From assembly GCA_038087875.1 (NCBI GenBank), contig CM075995.1, forward strand, positions 5,210,001-5,274,000: a stretch of DNA of 64,000 nucleotides, written 5' to 3'. How positions within the stretch are numbered: the first letter of the stretch is position 1; the number at the start of each line of letters is the position of its first letter. The translations under genes were made by a program, and so were the position numbers. The stretch is from Malacoraja senta (Eukaryota). Under the pieces are notes generated by a model. It was not told where the DNA came from. It made no database searches and saw only the letters and a list, made by a program, of their open reading frames with translations. This document shows, piece by piece, positions 23,400 through 36,326 of the stretch.

Positions 23400-23981
23400 C
23401 ATCAAAGGCTGTGTCGTCAATTCTAATATTATAGGAAACCATGGCTGTGTAGGCCAATCTGGTACCACCAATACCCCTGAAGCCTGATTTTAAGCAAACA
23501 CCGACTTATGAGGCAGAAAGGTGGAAATGCATACAAAAACATACCACCCCAATGTAGCGAGAAAGCATCAATCGCTACTGCACCTGGATCTGGTTCCCAT
23601 GACACATATCTCGATAGTTGATGATTTAATCTAGATGCGAATAAGTCGATATCTGGCATTCCAAATCTGATTACTGTGTCATTGAATACCTCTCGATTCA
23701 ACATCCATTCTTTGTTATCATGGAATTTTCTTGACCTGGTGTCTGCTATAATATTCAATCTACCTGGTAGATAAATAGCTGATATCCAAATATTCTTTTC
23801 AATACACCAAGACCAAATTTGATTAGCCAACTTGTCACATGACACTGACTTGATTCCACCCATATGATTAATATATGCAACTGCTGTTGTGTTATCAATT
23901 TGAAACCGAACATGCAGGTTAGTCGTGTTAGAGCAATAAGCTTGGAGTCCATAGAAACCTCCTAAAAGCTCCAAATAGTTA
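23400..23981 (-). pseudogene. DIRS-A RNase H C-part and methyltransferase-like domain
   Basis: QIDNTTAVAYINHMGG, YLPGRLNIIAD, DIDLFAS, DAF, YAFPPF. Confidence 0.85.
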
Positions 23982-26900
23982 ATTTTACTTCGGAGTCACG
24001 TGAGTGACTACGTGAAGAAGACCCGTCAGGGCGCATGCGCGTCATTACGTCGGACGCATTGGCGCACGGACCAGCCTGAGGACAGAGTACTTTTGGTACC
24101 TGTGGTAAGTACTTTTAGAGTACTTTTAAAGTAGTTTAAAGCTCCAGCTAAGTGGGAAACTTAGCGGGAGTGAAAAGCTCCTTTACTGTGGTGCCATGCT
24201 CTGTGTTTTTGTTACAGGCAGCACCATGGTGAAGACAAGCAGGGGGAGGGCAGCCGCAGGTAAAGCATAGGAGAACCGTGGGAATGCGGTCTGTCAGCGG
24301 CTGCCTCGTACCCCTGCACAGTCGCCGACCGGGAGCGGGGCGACTTCAGACTAAAAAGCACCAAAGCCAACGCCAGTCGGGCGTAAGGCACGGGGAAGTC
24401 TGGGAGGCCCTCGGACTCAACTGAGTCGGGCCACAACGAGCCTGTACGGGGCTGGAGACGTTTTTTAAACGGTTCTCCCAAACGGAGCACCTCATCCAGA
24501 GGTTGCTCCAGAAACGCACACTCCGGGAGAGGAGTCATGTGGGCGGTAGGCTGCAGAAAGGCCACGCCGGCAGCATCTGGTAGAGGGCTGCTTAAAGCAC
24601 CCTCATACATGAGGTGAGTGCAGAGGGTCAGCTAAGTTCTGACCCCGACTCTGATGGAGACTTGGAACTTAGCGAAGAACGGCCGTTGTCAGAGATCCAT
24701 TCTCTGGCAGCACGATTCGCTGTCCCGTCAGAGTATGGAGTGCCACTGCGAGAAGAGCTGGCCTCCATGATAGGGTCAGCTCAGTTCTGACCCGACTCTG
24801 ACGGAGACTTTGTTGACTAGCGAAGAACGGCCGTTGTCAGAGGTCCATTCTCTGGCAGCACGATTCGCTGTCCCGCCAGAGTATGGAATGCCACTGGGAA
24901 AGCGAAGACGGCCGTTGTCAGAGTTCCCATCTCTGGCAGTACGATTTGCTGTCCAGTCAGAGTCTGGAATCACCAAGAGACCGGGGTAACTGCGAGTTGC
25001 TGAAGGTGCCAGCAGTGAACCGGGTGATATGGAGCCTGATGGGCGTCGGCGTGCAGTGCCCAGGAGATGTAGCTGCAGAGAATCCTGAAATTACTTGGCT
25101 CAGGAATCACGGCGTTCACGAGAACGGTGGATGGAGGGCATGTGTCGGAGACGCAGCAAGAGGTACTAGGGTTGCTTTGTAGCACCCATTTTTGAGATAA
25201 ATTGTCTCAGGGAAAGTGCCATTCGGCCCTCCATTAATTCCAAGATTGCAGTATTTTTCCAGCCTAGCAACATACAGCCCGCTAACCTACTCTTCGGAGA
25301 GGACCTCGCCAAGAGTGTCAAGGACATGGATGACGAGGCAAAGACGGTGGGCTTGATCAAGCGGCAGTCGGCAAGTTTCCAATAAAGAAAGTACCCCTGC
25401 AAACGAAGCGGGAACATGGTCAAACATTGGCTTTCCCGCCAGGAGCCGGGGACAACGTCATCCACCAGGTACCAAGGAGGTAGGTGGGCCAGGTTCTCAG
25501 GTGCACATATCAAATGTGACACAACTTAAATCTGGGGTACATTACATCTGTTTCTGGGATGAATGGAAGCAAATTACCTTAGCTCTGTTTATACAGAGTG
25601 TTATTCAAATGTTTCGAATGGATTTCAATCCAAATTGTGATTTGCACATTCAGCATGTTCTTGGGAGAACTATTCAGTTTTCATTAACAGAACAGATGGA
25701 TGTTCAGACTGCGCTTGGAAGCTTATGCGATAAAGGTGTAATTGTAAAGTTGGTTCACCAACCCCATCAATTTATGTCTAATATTTTCCCAGGCCAAAAA
25801 AGGATGGGGGATGTAGTATAGACATTGTAAGATGGAATTGTCACTGCCAAGCAACTGGGTCAAGAGGATGCTATATGGCGACTATAGAGCTTAAATATGC
25901 GGATTACTCAATGTCTGTTTATTTGCAGGATAGAGGATATTTGAAATTCACCTGGATGGATCAACTATGGCAATAAAATTGTTAAAACCTATAATAGGCA
26001 TGCTGAGAGGCCAGGGTCAGGTGCTCATGGCTTATATCGATGATATCTTGATTACAGGGGTATCCAAGAGAACAGCTGAAGTAACCGGTGATAGTTGTTA
26101 AAACCAATTTTCAAAGATTGGGCATTATACATCCAGAGAAATCCAAATTAACACCTGACTATTTGGGTCTCAATTGATTCAATTAAGTGACTCTGCCCAG
26201 GGAAAAAGGGTAGAGCTAATTGACAGCTGTATCAAGCTAATGGAGGCATTAAGGATACATTCAGGTCATTATAATAGACCCATGCATTTATCAGCAAAGG
26301 CTGTTTATGATTTGCAATGGTGGATTCATCATTGGTTCAGGAGTTATAGCAAGGTAATGCTTGACCAGCCTTCCATGATTTTGCAGATGAATGTCAGTGC
26401 ACTCGGGTGGGGTGTCACGGATACGAGTTTCAGCTGTGGAGGCAGATGAACTGAGCAAGAGGCATCGCTTCTGCAGACATGGGCAATCAACTATTAAGAG
26501 GTTTTATGGATAAGGCTTATTGCTCTAACAAATGTAATCTGCATGTTCAGTTTCAGATTAACAATACTACGCAAGTGGCATATATATTAATCACATCGGT
26601 GGAATCAAGTTGGTATCTTGTGACAGATTGGCTAATCAAATTTGGGCCTGGTACATTGAAAAAGATATTTCAGCTATTTATCTACCAGGTAGATTCTAAA
26701 TAGTAGCAGACGCCAAATCACGAAAGTTCCATGACAACACAGATTGGATGTTGAAACAGGAGGTGTTCAATAATATAGTACTTATATATGAATGCCAGAT
26801 ATCGATTTGTTTTGCATCAAGGTTCAACCATCAGCAGCCTAAATAGGTTTCATGGGAACCAGACCAGGTGACAGTTGCAATTGATACTTTGTTGTTACAT

Positions 26901-28643
26901 TGGGGTGGTATGTTTTATATATTTTCCTACCATTTTGCCTAATAGGTCGGAGTCTGCAAGAAATCAAGCAGGATGCTGCTTTGGGGGTGTTTGTAATACC
27001 TAATTGGCCGAATCAAGCATGGTTCCCTTTGATGTTACAGTTAGGGATCCAACCTCTTTTTGATGGTTCCCAAGTGTAGGAATTTACTGGAGCATCGGCT
27101 AACACGGGAAAGTCATCCGTTATGAGACCGTATTGATTTGTTAATTTGCAGGTTTTAAGAATGCCATACCTGGGGCAAGGACTGTCTGGGCGAACGGTGG
27201 ACATGCTCACTGTAGCCTGGAGAAAGAGTACTCAAAAGGGGTATATTACTTATGAAAAAAAAAATGGGAGCAATATTGTGTACAAAATAATATTGATTAT
27301 AGTACTGCAAGTATTGTGGATATTTTAGAGTTTCTGTCGACACTCTACGATGATAAGGGGCTCAGTTATAGCACCATTAATACAGCTTTAAGTGCTTTGT
27401 CCTCGTATGGTTTGGATGTGGTCAGGAAAGATCCTATTGGGTTTCATCATATCATAGCTGGATTGATGAAAGGAATTTCAACTCTAAACCTCCTAAACCC
27501 AGGTATATGGTGATCTGGGATGTAAGTGTGGTCCTCAAGTTGCTTCGACAGTAGGTTCCCGTCATGTCTCTGAATTTGCCAAACTAATCATGAAAGTGGT
27601 TATGCTCATGGCATTGGTTCAGCATAGCAAGTGCAGATTTTGCAAAAGCTTCTGCTAGACAGGATGGAAGTTGGTGAAGAGAATGTTATGTTATATATTT
27701 GCGCCCTGCTCAAACAGAGCAGGCCAGGTGTCATAGGTTTGTTAAAATTGTGTTTCAGCATAACCTACTGATCCATGTTTATGTGTAATGGCACATTTAT
27801 TTTCATTATATTGAAGCTATAAATACCTTAAGAAATGTGGAAACAGCATTGTTTATTAGTTACATGTAGCCACACAGGAGAATGTCAGTGCAGACTATCT
27901 CGAGGTGGTTTAAAGCAAATGTTGATTCAGGCAGGTATTAACACTGAAGTGTATATATCCTTTTCCACTAGTGCAGCAGCAACGTCGTTGGCTAGTGCAA
28001 TGGATGTTCACATCGGCCATATTCTTACAGGTGCCGGGTGGTCAAATTAATTTAAAAAAAATAGTTTTACCATCGGCTGATTGCCGATCGGCGAGAGGCT
28101 GTTTGCAAATTCAGGATTAAGTCCTGTTTAGTTTCCCCTGGGATAGAGGGGTTACTGGTTGTTTTGATTATTCAAATCAATTGTTACTGCATGATATTCA
28201 CATTTTATGTTTAACGCATTATTGATTGTTTCTCATCGAAAGTCAATCAATGCAGTGAGAAGACGGGATTTGGATCTGCTGCATAAAATCACAGAGCTTT
28301 GAACCCTTCACGTAGTCACTCACGTGACTCCGAAGTAAAATAGTAAGATTAAACGAGAACTTACCAGTTTGAAATTTGATCTTTATTTTATGAGGAGTTA
28401 CGTTGGTGATTACGTGCCCGCCACGCCCAACCCTCTCTCATAAAAAAGGTCATATGGTAGTTCTCATGTTGCTCATCTTAATATGTTACTTCAAATATTG
28501 TGTTATCTGTGATTTCATACCGCTACTTTGAAGATTGACGCACATGCGCCCTGACGGGTCTTCTTCACGTAATCACCAACGTAAGTCCTCATAAAATAAA
28601 GATCAAACTTCAAACTGGTAAGTTCTCATTTAATCTTACTATT
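23982..28643 (+). mobile_element. DIRS1-type retrotransposon B, degenerate, inserted antiparallel into the DIRS-A RNase H
   Basis: Left ITR from 23982, ICR ~28306-28417, right ITR/extension ~28535-28643; fragmented gag, RT, MT and YR. Confidence 0.92.
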
Positions 28644-28645
28644 CC

Positions 28646-31051
28646 TCATGTCTGCAGTAACAATGACTCTTCCTGATTCCATCTGTCTCCGCAGCTGGAT
28701 ACCAAATCAGTTGCACCCCATCCTAGTGCACTGACATCAGTTTGTAATATCATGGAAGGCTGTTCAATCAGTACTTTATTGAAACTGCTTGAGACATGTA
28801 GAATCCACCACTGCAAATCAGAAACAGCATTTGTTGTTAATTGCATGGCTCTATCAAAATGGCCACCATGCATCCTCAATGCCTGGTCTTTATCTCTCTG
28901 TAACTGCTGGTAATGTAATGGCCCATATTGTACTGCTGGGAAAGCTGCTACTAATTTCCCCAGCACTCTAGCCACATGTCTAATTGAAGGTTTTTGCTCA
29001 TTTAACAGCTTAATGCAATCATCAATCAACTCCACCCTTTTTTCACTGGGCAAAGTAATTTCCATGTGAACTGAATCAATTGTGAAACCCAAATAATCAA
29101 TTGATGTACGTGGTGTTAACCTTGATTTCTTTGGATGAATTAGAAACTCCAAACTTTCAAAAGTGGATTTAACAACTGAAACAGATAATTCTGTTGACTC
29201 TTTTATAATCAGGACATCATTCAAGTATGCCATTACCACATGCCCCTGGCCTCTCAACAGTCCCAGAATTGGTTTTTAACAATTTAGTGAATATTCTGGG
29301 AGCTGAAGTTTAACCCATTAGGCAGAGCTTTAAACTGCCATAACTGGTTCATCCAGGTAAATTTTAGATACTTTCTATCTTCCAAATGAACAGACACTGA
29401 ATAATATGCATATTTTACATCTATAGTTGCCATATAACATGCTTTTGAAATAAGTTGATTGGCAGTCAAAAAGTCTCCATTTTAAAGTGTCTAAATGGAA
29501 CAAAAGGATTAAGACTTGTCAAGTCCAAAATAATCCTACATCCTCCATCCCTTTTAGGTCGAGGAAATATATTTGACACAAATTGTTGGGTTTGATAAAC
29601 CGACTTTTCAATAACACCTTTATTACATAGGTTTTCAAGTTCAGCTTGAACCTCCATCACTTCTTTTTGTGAAAACTGGAGCATTCTGCTAGGAACATGC
29701 TGGATGGGCAAATCATAATTTGGATCGAACTCAATCCTTGTATAATACTCAGAATTACAAAGTCTGAAGTAATCTGCTTCCAACTTTTATAGAAGAGATG
29801 TAACCTGCCTCCAACTTTTGGCTGTACTGCCTTTAATATGTTCCCATGAGAACCAGGTCCACCTACCTCCTTAGTCACTTGAGTGACCTGTGGTCCCTGG
29901 CTTCTGGCGGGAAGACCCACGCTTGTTCGTGCTCCCGCTGCAGGTCGCCAACTACGTCCCTGCGATGATGATCGACTTGTTCCTGGTGTAGGTCCAGGAT
30001 CAGTATGACGTCTGAAAGGATACCTCCTCTTTACAGACTTGCCAACCATCGATGTTTTAATCAATCCGGCTGTTTTCGCCTCATCCTCCAACTCCTTCAC
30101 ACGTCTCCCGAGATCCTCTCCAAAGAGTAAGTTGGGTAGCTGCACATTACTGGACTTGCAGAGTACTGCGAATTTAGGATTGATGGTGGGCCGAATAGCA
30201 CACTTCCTCAAACAATTAATCTCGAAGTGGGCGCTACATAGCAACCCCAGTGCCTCCTGATGCAACTCCGTCATCTGCTGGCCTTTATCCGTTATTCTGG
30301 CAAATGCAGTTATTCCAGAACCCAGCAGCTTTAATATTCTCAGCAGCTTTATTTCCTGAGCTCTCATAGTCATGCTCATTTGACCCCATATCACTTGGTT
30401 TACTGCTGGTGCCTTCAACAACACGCAGTTCCTCGGGGTCTCATGCTTTTTTGCAGTTTCATCCATTTCAAACTGTTCCAGCTGATGGGATACCAAATAA
30501 TTGATTGTGGAGGCCAACTCCTCTCCCAGTGGCTCTCCTGACCCTGGCGGGGCAGCAAATCATACTGCCAGAGGTGGAATATATGACAGCTGCCATTCTT
30601 CACCTGAAACGGCCTCACCGTCAGAGTCGGGGTCAGAACTCTCCTGACCCTGTGCACGCGCCTCATCAATGAGGGTGCTTTCCAACAGCCCTTTGCTAGG
30701 TGCTGCTGACCCGGCTTCTGCAGCCTGGCTTTTGCTACACTCTTCACTGAGTGTGTTTTTCTCCAATAGCCTGTGTATAAGGCTTTCCATTTGAGAGATC
30801 CGCTCAAAAGTGGTATCCAGCCCTGGAGTTACATCCATCTCTTCGGACTCCTCCTCCGTGGGCCGTACGGACTTGAATTTTGCCTTGCGCCCCACTGGCG
30901 CTGACTGTGTTCTTTTTAACCCAAAGTCCACAGTCGCTACGCTCCCAGCCAGCGACTGTACAGGGGTTAGAGGCGGCTCTTCGCCGACCGCAATATCGTG
31001 ACTTTCCAACGGCTGTGCCGCTCGCCTCTTCCCCTTGCCCGCTTTTTCCAT
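28646..31051 (-). pseudogene. DIRS-A gag-like ORF1 and RT/RNase H N-part, frameshifted
   Basis: Gag-like 31051-29657; DGGCRIILDL, FKMET, YAYYSV, ALPNGL, YLNDVL, QTDVSALGWG. Confidence 0.88.
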
Positions 31052-31264
31052 GGCGCCTGTGGAAAAAATCCCCACAGACCGACAGCAAACGGACACAGAA
31101 ATATAGAAAAAAGTTTTTTACTTACCTTGTAGTTTACAACTACATTTCCACTAGAGGAGCGCTGCTCCTCACGTCCGTTCGCGCCAATGTGTCTGACGTA
31201 ATGACGCGCAGGCGCCCTGATGGGTCTTCTTCACGTAGTCACTCACGTGACTCCGAAGTAAAAT

Positions 31265-32250
31265 TCCAGAGATTCACCACTCTCTGTGTGAAAAATGATT
31301 TTCTCATCTCGGTCCTAAAAGATTTCCCCTTTATCCTTAAACTGTGACCCCCTTGTCCTGGACTTCCCCAACATCTGGAACAATCTTCCTGCATCTAGCC
31401 TGTCCAACCCCTTAAGAATTTTGTAAGTTTCTATAAGATCCCCCCTCAATCTTCTAAATTCTAGCGAGTACAAGCCGAGTCTATCCAGTCTTTCTTCATA
31501 TGAAAGTCCTGACATCCCAGGAATCAGTCTGGTGAACATTCTCTGTACTCCCTCTATGGCAAGAATGTCTTTCCTCAGATTTGGAGACCAAAACTGTACG
31601 CAATACTCCAGGTGTGGTCTCACCAAGACCCTGTACAACTGCAGTAGAACCTCCCTGCTCCTATACTCAAATCCTTTTGCTATGAATGCTAACATACAAT
31701 TCGCTTTCTTCATTGCCTGCTGCCCCTGCATGCCTACTTTCAATGACTGGTGTACCATGACACCCAGGTCTCGTTGCATCTTCCCTTTTCCTAATCGGCC
31801 ACCATTCAGATAATAGTCCACTTTCCTGTTTTTGCCACCAAAGTGGATAACCTCACATTTATCCACATTGTACTGCATCTGCCATGCATTTGCCCACTCA
31901 CCCAGCCTATCCAAGTCACCTTGCAGCCTCCTAGCATCCTCCTCACAGCTAACACTGCCCCCCAGCTTTGTGTCATCCGCAAACTTGGAGATGTTGCATT
32001 CAATTCCCTCGTCCAAATCATTAATATATATTGTAAATAGCTGGGGTCCCAGCACTGAGCCTTGCGGTACCCCACTAGTCACTGCCTGCCATTCTGAATA
32101 GGACCCGTTTACTCCTACTCTTTGCTTCCTGTTTGCCAGCCAGTTCTCTATCCACATCAATACTGAACCCCCAATACCGTGTGCTTTAAGTTTGTATACT
32201 AATCTCTTATGTGGGACCTTTTCGAAAGCCTTCTGAAAGTCCAGATATAA
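31265..32250 (-). mobile_element. CR1 RT region (host of DIRS-A)
   Basis: ORF 31315-32160 with PQGSVLGP and FADD; same subfamily as 47846-51152. Confidence 0.92.
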
Positions 32251-32725
32251 AAGTCCATACTAAACCTATCTAAAACTATCCTACCCATGTACCTGCCCAA
32301 AAGTCTTTTTAAAATTATTATAATACCTTGCCTCAACTACTCCCTCTGGCAGCTTGCTCCATATACCTACCACCCTCTGCATGAAGAAGTTGCCCCTCAG
32401 GTTCCTGTTATATTTTTCCCCTCTTACCTTAAACCTAATCCTCTGTTTTTTGATTCTCCTTCTCTGGGTAAAAGATTCTGTGCATTCACCCCATCTATTC
32501 CCTTAATGAATTAAAAACACCTCTATAAGATCACCCATCAGCTTCCTGCACATCAAGGAACAAAGTCCTAGCCTGCTCAATCTCTCCCTCAAGTTCAGGC
32601 CCTAGAGACCTGACAACATCTTCCCTGCGATATTTCCAGCTTAATGATATCTTGTTGATTCTGTTGGAGAAAGCAGGAGGATGGGGCTGAGAAGGTAAGA
32701 TAGATCAGCCATGATTGAATGGCAG

Positions 32726-32822
32726 GTAGACAAAAGTGCTGGAGAAACTCAGCGGGTGCAGCAGCATCTATGGAGCGAAGGAAATAGGCAACGTTTTGGG
32801 CCGAAACCCTTCTTCAGATTCA
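32726..32822 (-). mobile_element. Solo 97-bp Penelope tail with hammerhead-like motif
   Basis: 13-bp TSD GATTGAATGGCAG (32713-32725, 32823-32835) inside a CR1 tail; GAAA mutated to AAAA. Confidence 0.85.
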
Positions 32823-32949
32823 GATTGAATGGCAGAGTAGACTGCTACTTAATTAACCTATAAACCTGCACACCTCATAATGTCTCAAGCGGACTACTTG
32901 AGAAGGACAAAATATGATAGATCACAGTTGAATGAGGAACGCCAATGTA

Positions 32950-33800
32950 CCGAAAGCCAATTGACCACCTTATCTACCTATAACACCACTTTCAGAGAAC
33001 TATATACTTGCACTCCTCGATTCCTCTGCTCTACAGCACTCCCCTACCATTCACTGCGAAAACCTGCCTTGGTTTGACTTCCCAAAATGCAACATCTCGC
33101 ACTTATATTCCTTTAACCATTCTTCAGCCCACTTGCTCAACTCATCAAGGTCCAGCTATGATTTTTGATAACCATCTTTACTATTTACAATACCTCCCAC
33201 TTTAGCATCATGTACAAACTTACTAATCATATCACCTACATTCTCATCCAAATCGTTGATATAAACCACAAACAGCAATGGGCCCAGCACCGAACCTTGA
33301 GGCACACCATTGGTCACAGGCCTCCCATTCTGAAAAAACATCCTTCCACTATCACCCTCTGCTTCCTTCCATGAGGCCAATCCTCTATCCAGAGGTAGAC
33401 ACAAAAAGCTGGAGTAACTCAGCGGAACAGGCAGCATATCCGGAGAGAGTAGGTGGGATAGAGAAAGAGGGAATGCTGGGGTGACTTGAAGTTAGAGAAA
33501 TCAATATTCATACCACTGGGCTGTGAGCTGCCCAAGTGAAATATGAGGTGCTGTTCCTCCAATTTGCATTTAGCCTCACTCTGACAATGGAGGAGCCCTA
33601 GGACAGAAAGATCAGTGTGGGAGTGGGAAGGAGAATTAAAATGTTTAGCAACCGGGAGATCAGGTAGGTTCAGGCGGACTGAACAAAGGTGTCCCTATCC
33701 AGAGGGCTAGCTCTCCCTGGATCCCATGTGATCTAACTTTCCAGACCAGCGTACCATGCCGAACCTTATCAAATGTCTTGCTGATGTCCATATAGGCTCT
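32950..33800 (-). mobile_element. Old CR1 RT fragment containing a Penelope 3' fragment (33396-33694)
   Basis: GVPQGSVLGP and KTFDKV; insert flanked by 11-bp TSD CTATCCAGAGG (33385-33395, 33695-33705). Confidence 0.8.
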
Positions 33801-34050
33801 GCCCAAATCAACCATGTTGGTTCCTTCTTCAAAACATGTCATTTCTGTGTCATTTTTAATGTCAAATGTCATCTTCAGTGTCATTTCTCAGCCTTTCCGG
33901 CCAAAACGCTACATTTCACCACTAACAAACTTCCCAGTGAAATGAGGCTAGTTTGCAAGGACGTAGGAAACTGTTCAAACTGCACCACCTCCAGTCCAGA
34001 AAAAAGATCACACCAACCTTAGTCAATAAACTGCAGCATACATTTGAAGA

Positions 34051-34395
34051 TAGACACAAAAAGCTGGAGTAACTCAGCGGGACAGGCAGCATCTCTGGAA
34101 AGATGGAATGGGTGACGTTTCAGGTCAAGACCCTTCTTTTAAGAACTGCAGATGCTGGTTGAAACCGAACATAGACACAAAAAGCTGGAGTAACAGACAG
34201 GATCTCTGGAGGGGAGGAATGGGTGACAATTCGGGTCGAGACCCTTCTTAAAAGGAGAGAAGGGCCTTCATTTAAGAAGGGTCTCGACCCGAAACGTCAC
34301 CCATTCCTTCTCTCCAGAGATGCTGCCTGTCCTGCTGAGTTCCTCCAGCTTTTTGTGTCTATCTTCGGTTTAAACCAGCATCTGCAGTTTCTTTC
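34051..34395. mobile_element. Composite of three Penelope tail units (two tandem on -, one inverted on +)
   Basis: 14-bp TSD CATACATTTGAAGA (34037-34050, 34396-34409). Confidence 0.85.
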
Positions 34396-34814
34396 CATAC
34401 ATTTGAAGACTGATCTCCAAGTCAATAGTCAACTCATTCGTTCATTTTACAAGAGAATGGGCCTTATGTTAAATGTTTACAGACAATAGCTTTTCATCAG
34501 TCTGCCCCTATTGCACATCTGATATCTGATATTAAAGGATAGAAAGCAAGAGGCACACGGTGCAGGAAAAGAGGTTCTCCATTATGCTGCTGGTGACTAT
34601 GGGGATGATTTGTTTGCAGTTCTTTTGTGTTATTCAGCCTCTGTTTGTATTGGTGAAACAGCTGGTCTTTAACAGAGTGCAAACACACACCACCAACGTA
34701 ACAAAGGAGGCTGACATACAAGCTGTGTAAAACACCATAAACACAAAGGATAGAAGCAAGAAACTTAATTTAACTGTATCATGTTCTTAATGGTTCACAA
34801 CCAATTCATGACTT

Positions 34815-35805
34815 TTGGATAGGCTTGTATTCACTGGAGTTTAGAAGGATGAGGGGGCATCTTATAGAAACATATAAAATTATAAAAGGACTGGACAAGC
34901 TAGATGCAGGAAAAATGTTCCCAATGTTGGGCGAGTCCAGAACCAGGGGGCAGTCTTAGAATAAAGGGGAGGCCATTTAAGACTGAGGTGAGAAAAAGCT
35001 TTTTCACCCAGAGAATAGAATAGAATGTTTAAGAAGGAACTGCAGATGCTGGAAAATCGAAGGTAGACAAAAATGCTGGAGCAACTCAGCGGGTGCAGCA
35101 GCATCTATGGAGCGAAGGAAATAGGCAACGCTTCGGGCCGAAACCCTTCTTCAGACTGCCTTTTATTGTCATTCAAACAGCTTGGTTTGAACGAAATTGC
35201 ATTTTCTACAGTCTTAACATTACAAAAAAAAACAAGACCCACACTGAACACACTTTACACAGACATCCATCACAGTGAATCTCCAACACCTCCTCACTGT
35301 GATGGAAGGCAAAAGTCTTATCTCTTCCCTTGTTCTTCTCCCGCGGTCCAGCAGTCCAACTGCAACGTCGAGGCGAACTGGGGCTCCCGATGTTAAAGCC
35401 CCTGGCGGGCGATGGTAAGTCCCGCAGCCGTTAAGCCACGCGGGGCGATGTTAGGCCCCGCTCCAAATCATTTCACCCCGTGATTCCGACGGGAGAAGTT
35501 GCCATTGCGGGAGCTCCGAAAAGCGGTCTCCCACCAGGGACCTGCGAGCTCCCGATGTTACGGTCCACAGGGCCTCCGAAGAGTTGTGAATTTGTGGAAT
35601 TCCCTGCCACAGAGGGCAGTGGAGGCCAAATCACTGGATGGATTTAAGAGAGAGTTAGATAGAGCTCTAGGGGCTAGTGGAGTCAAGGGATATGGGGAGA
35701 AGGCAGGCACGGGTTATTGATAGGGGACGATCAGCCATGATCACAATGAATGGCGGTACTGGCTCAAATGGCCTCCTGCACCTATTTTCTATGTTTCTAT
35801 GTTTT
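34815..35805 (+). mobile_element. CR1 3' end with nested Rex-tailed non-coding element (~35012-35580, -) and Penelope tail (~35027-35157, -)
   Basis: CR1 ...TTCACCCAGAG resumes AGAGTTGTGAATTTG; nested tail AATTTCGTT...AATGACAATAAA plus (TTCTA)n. Confidence 0.75.
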
Positions 35806-36326
35806 TATGAATGGTAGTCAGGGTTAAAGAAAAGAAAAAAAGTAAGCTGCTTTTATGATTTTGCAATCTTAGAACACCCCAGAGGTCTTTGCAGTTAATG
35901 TAGAATGTTTATAGTTTGGTGACTATTGTCACGTTGCAGATGCATGTTGGATTTAATGTTTTACAAGATACATGTATTTGTCACATGTGCCAGTTGGCAC
36001 AGTGAAATGTGTGTTCACCATACAGCCATATAATTAAAATAAAGTACACATCATCCCCACACAGCAGAATCAAAGTTTCCCACTGTGAGGGAAGGCACCA
36101 AAGTCAGTCCTCTTCCTCTGTTGTTCTTAATGTTCACCTGTGGTCGGGGCCTCCCGAGCCCTCCCGAGCCCTCCGCAGTCGCCGCTATGGGTGGCCTAAT
36201 ATTCAGGCCCGCTCGCCGGGATGGAACTCCGATGTCGGACCGGGAGAACAACCTCTGCGGCTTGACATGAACTTCGTAAACAGTCAGAGCTGTAAAATAT
36301 TTATGCAGTGTTTCTCACCATCTAAA

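Larger units (their letters stand above)
15950..31264 (-). mobile_element. DIRS1-type tyrosine-recombinase retrotransposon A (contains an L1 and DIRS-B)
   Basis: Left ITR ~31195-31264, internal complementary region 16179-16290, right ITR plus extension 15950-~16060; gag, RT/RH, MT and YR remnants in DIRS order. Confidence 0.93.

Noticed and set aside
23429..23700. Methyltransferase-like motifs next to a recombinase as a prokaryotic defence or phage module
   Set aside because: Both are standard parts of DIRS1-type retrotransposons and lie within complete DIRS termini.
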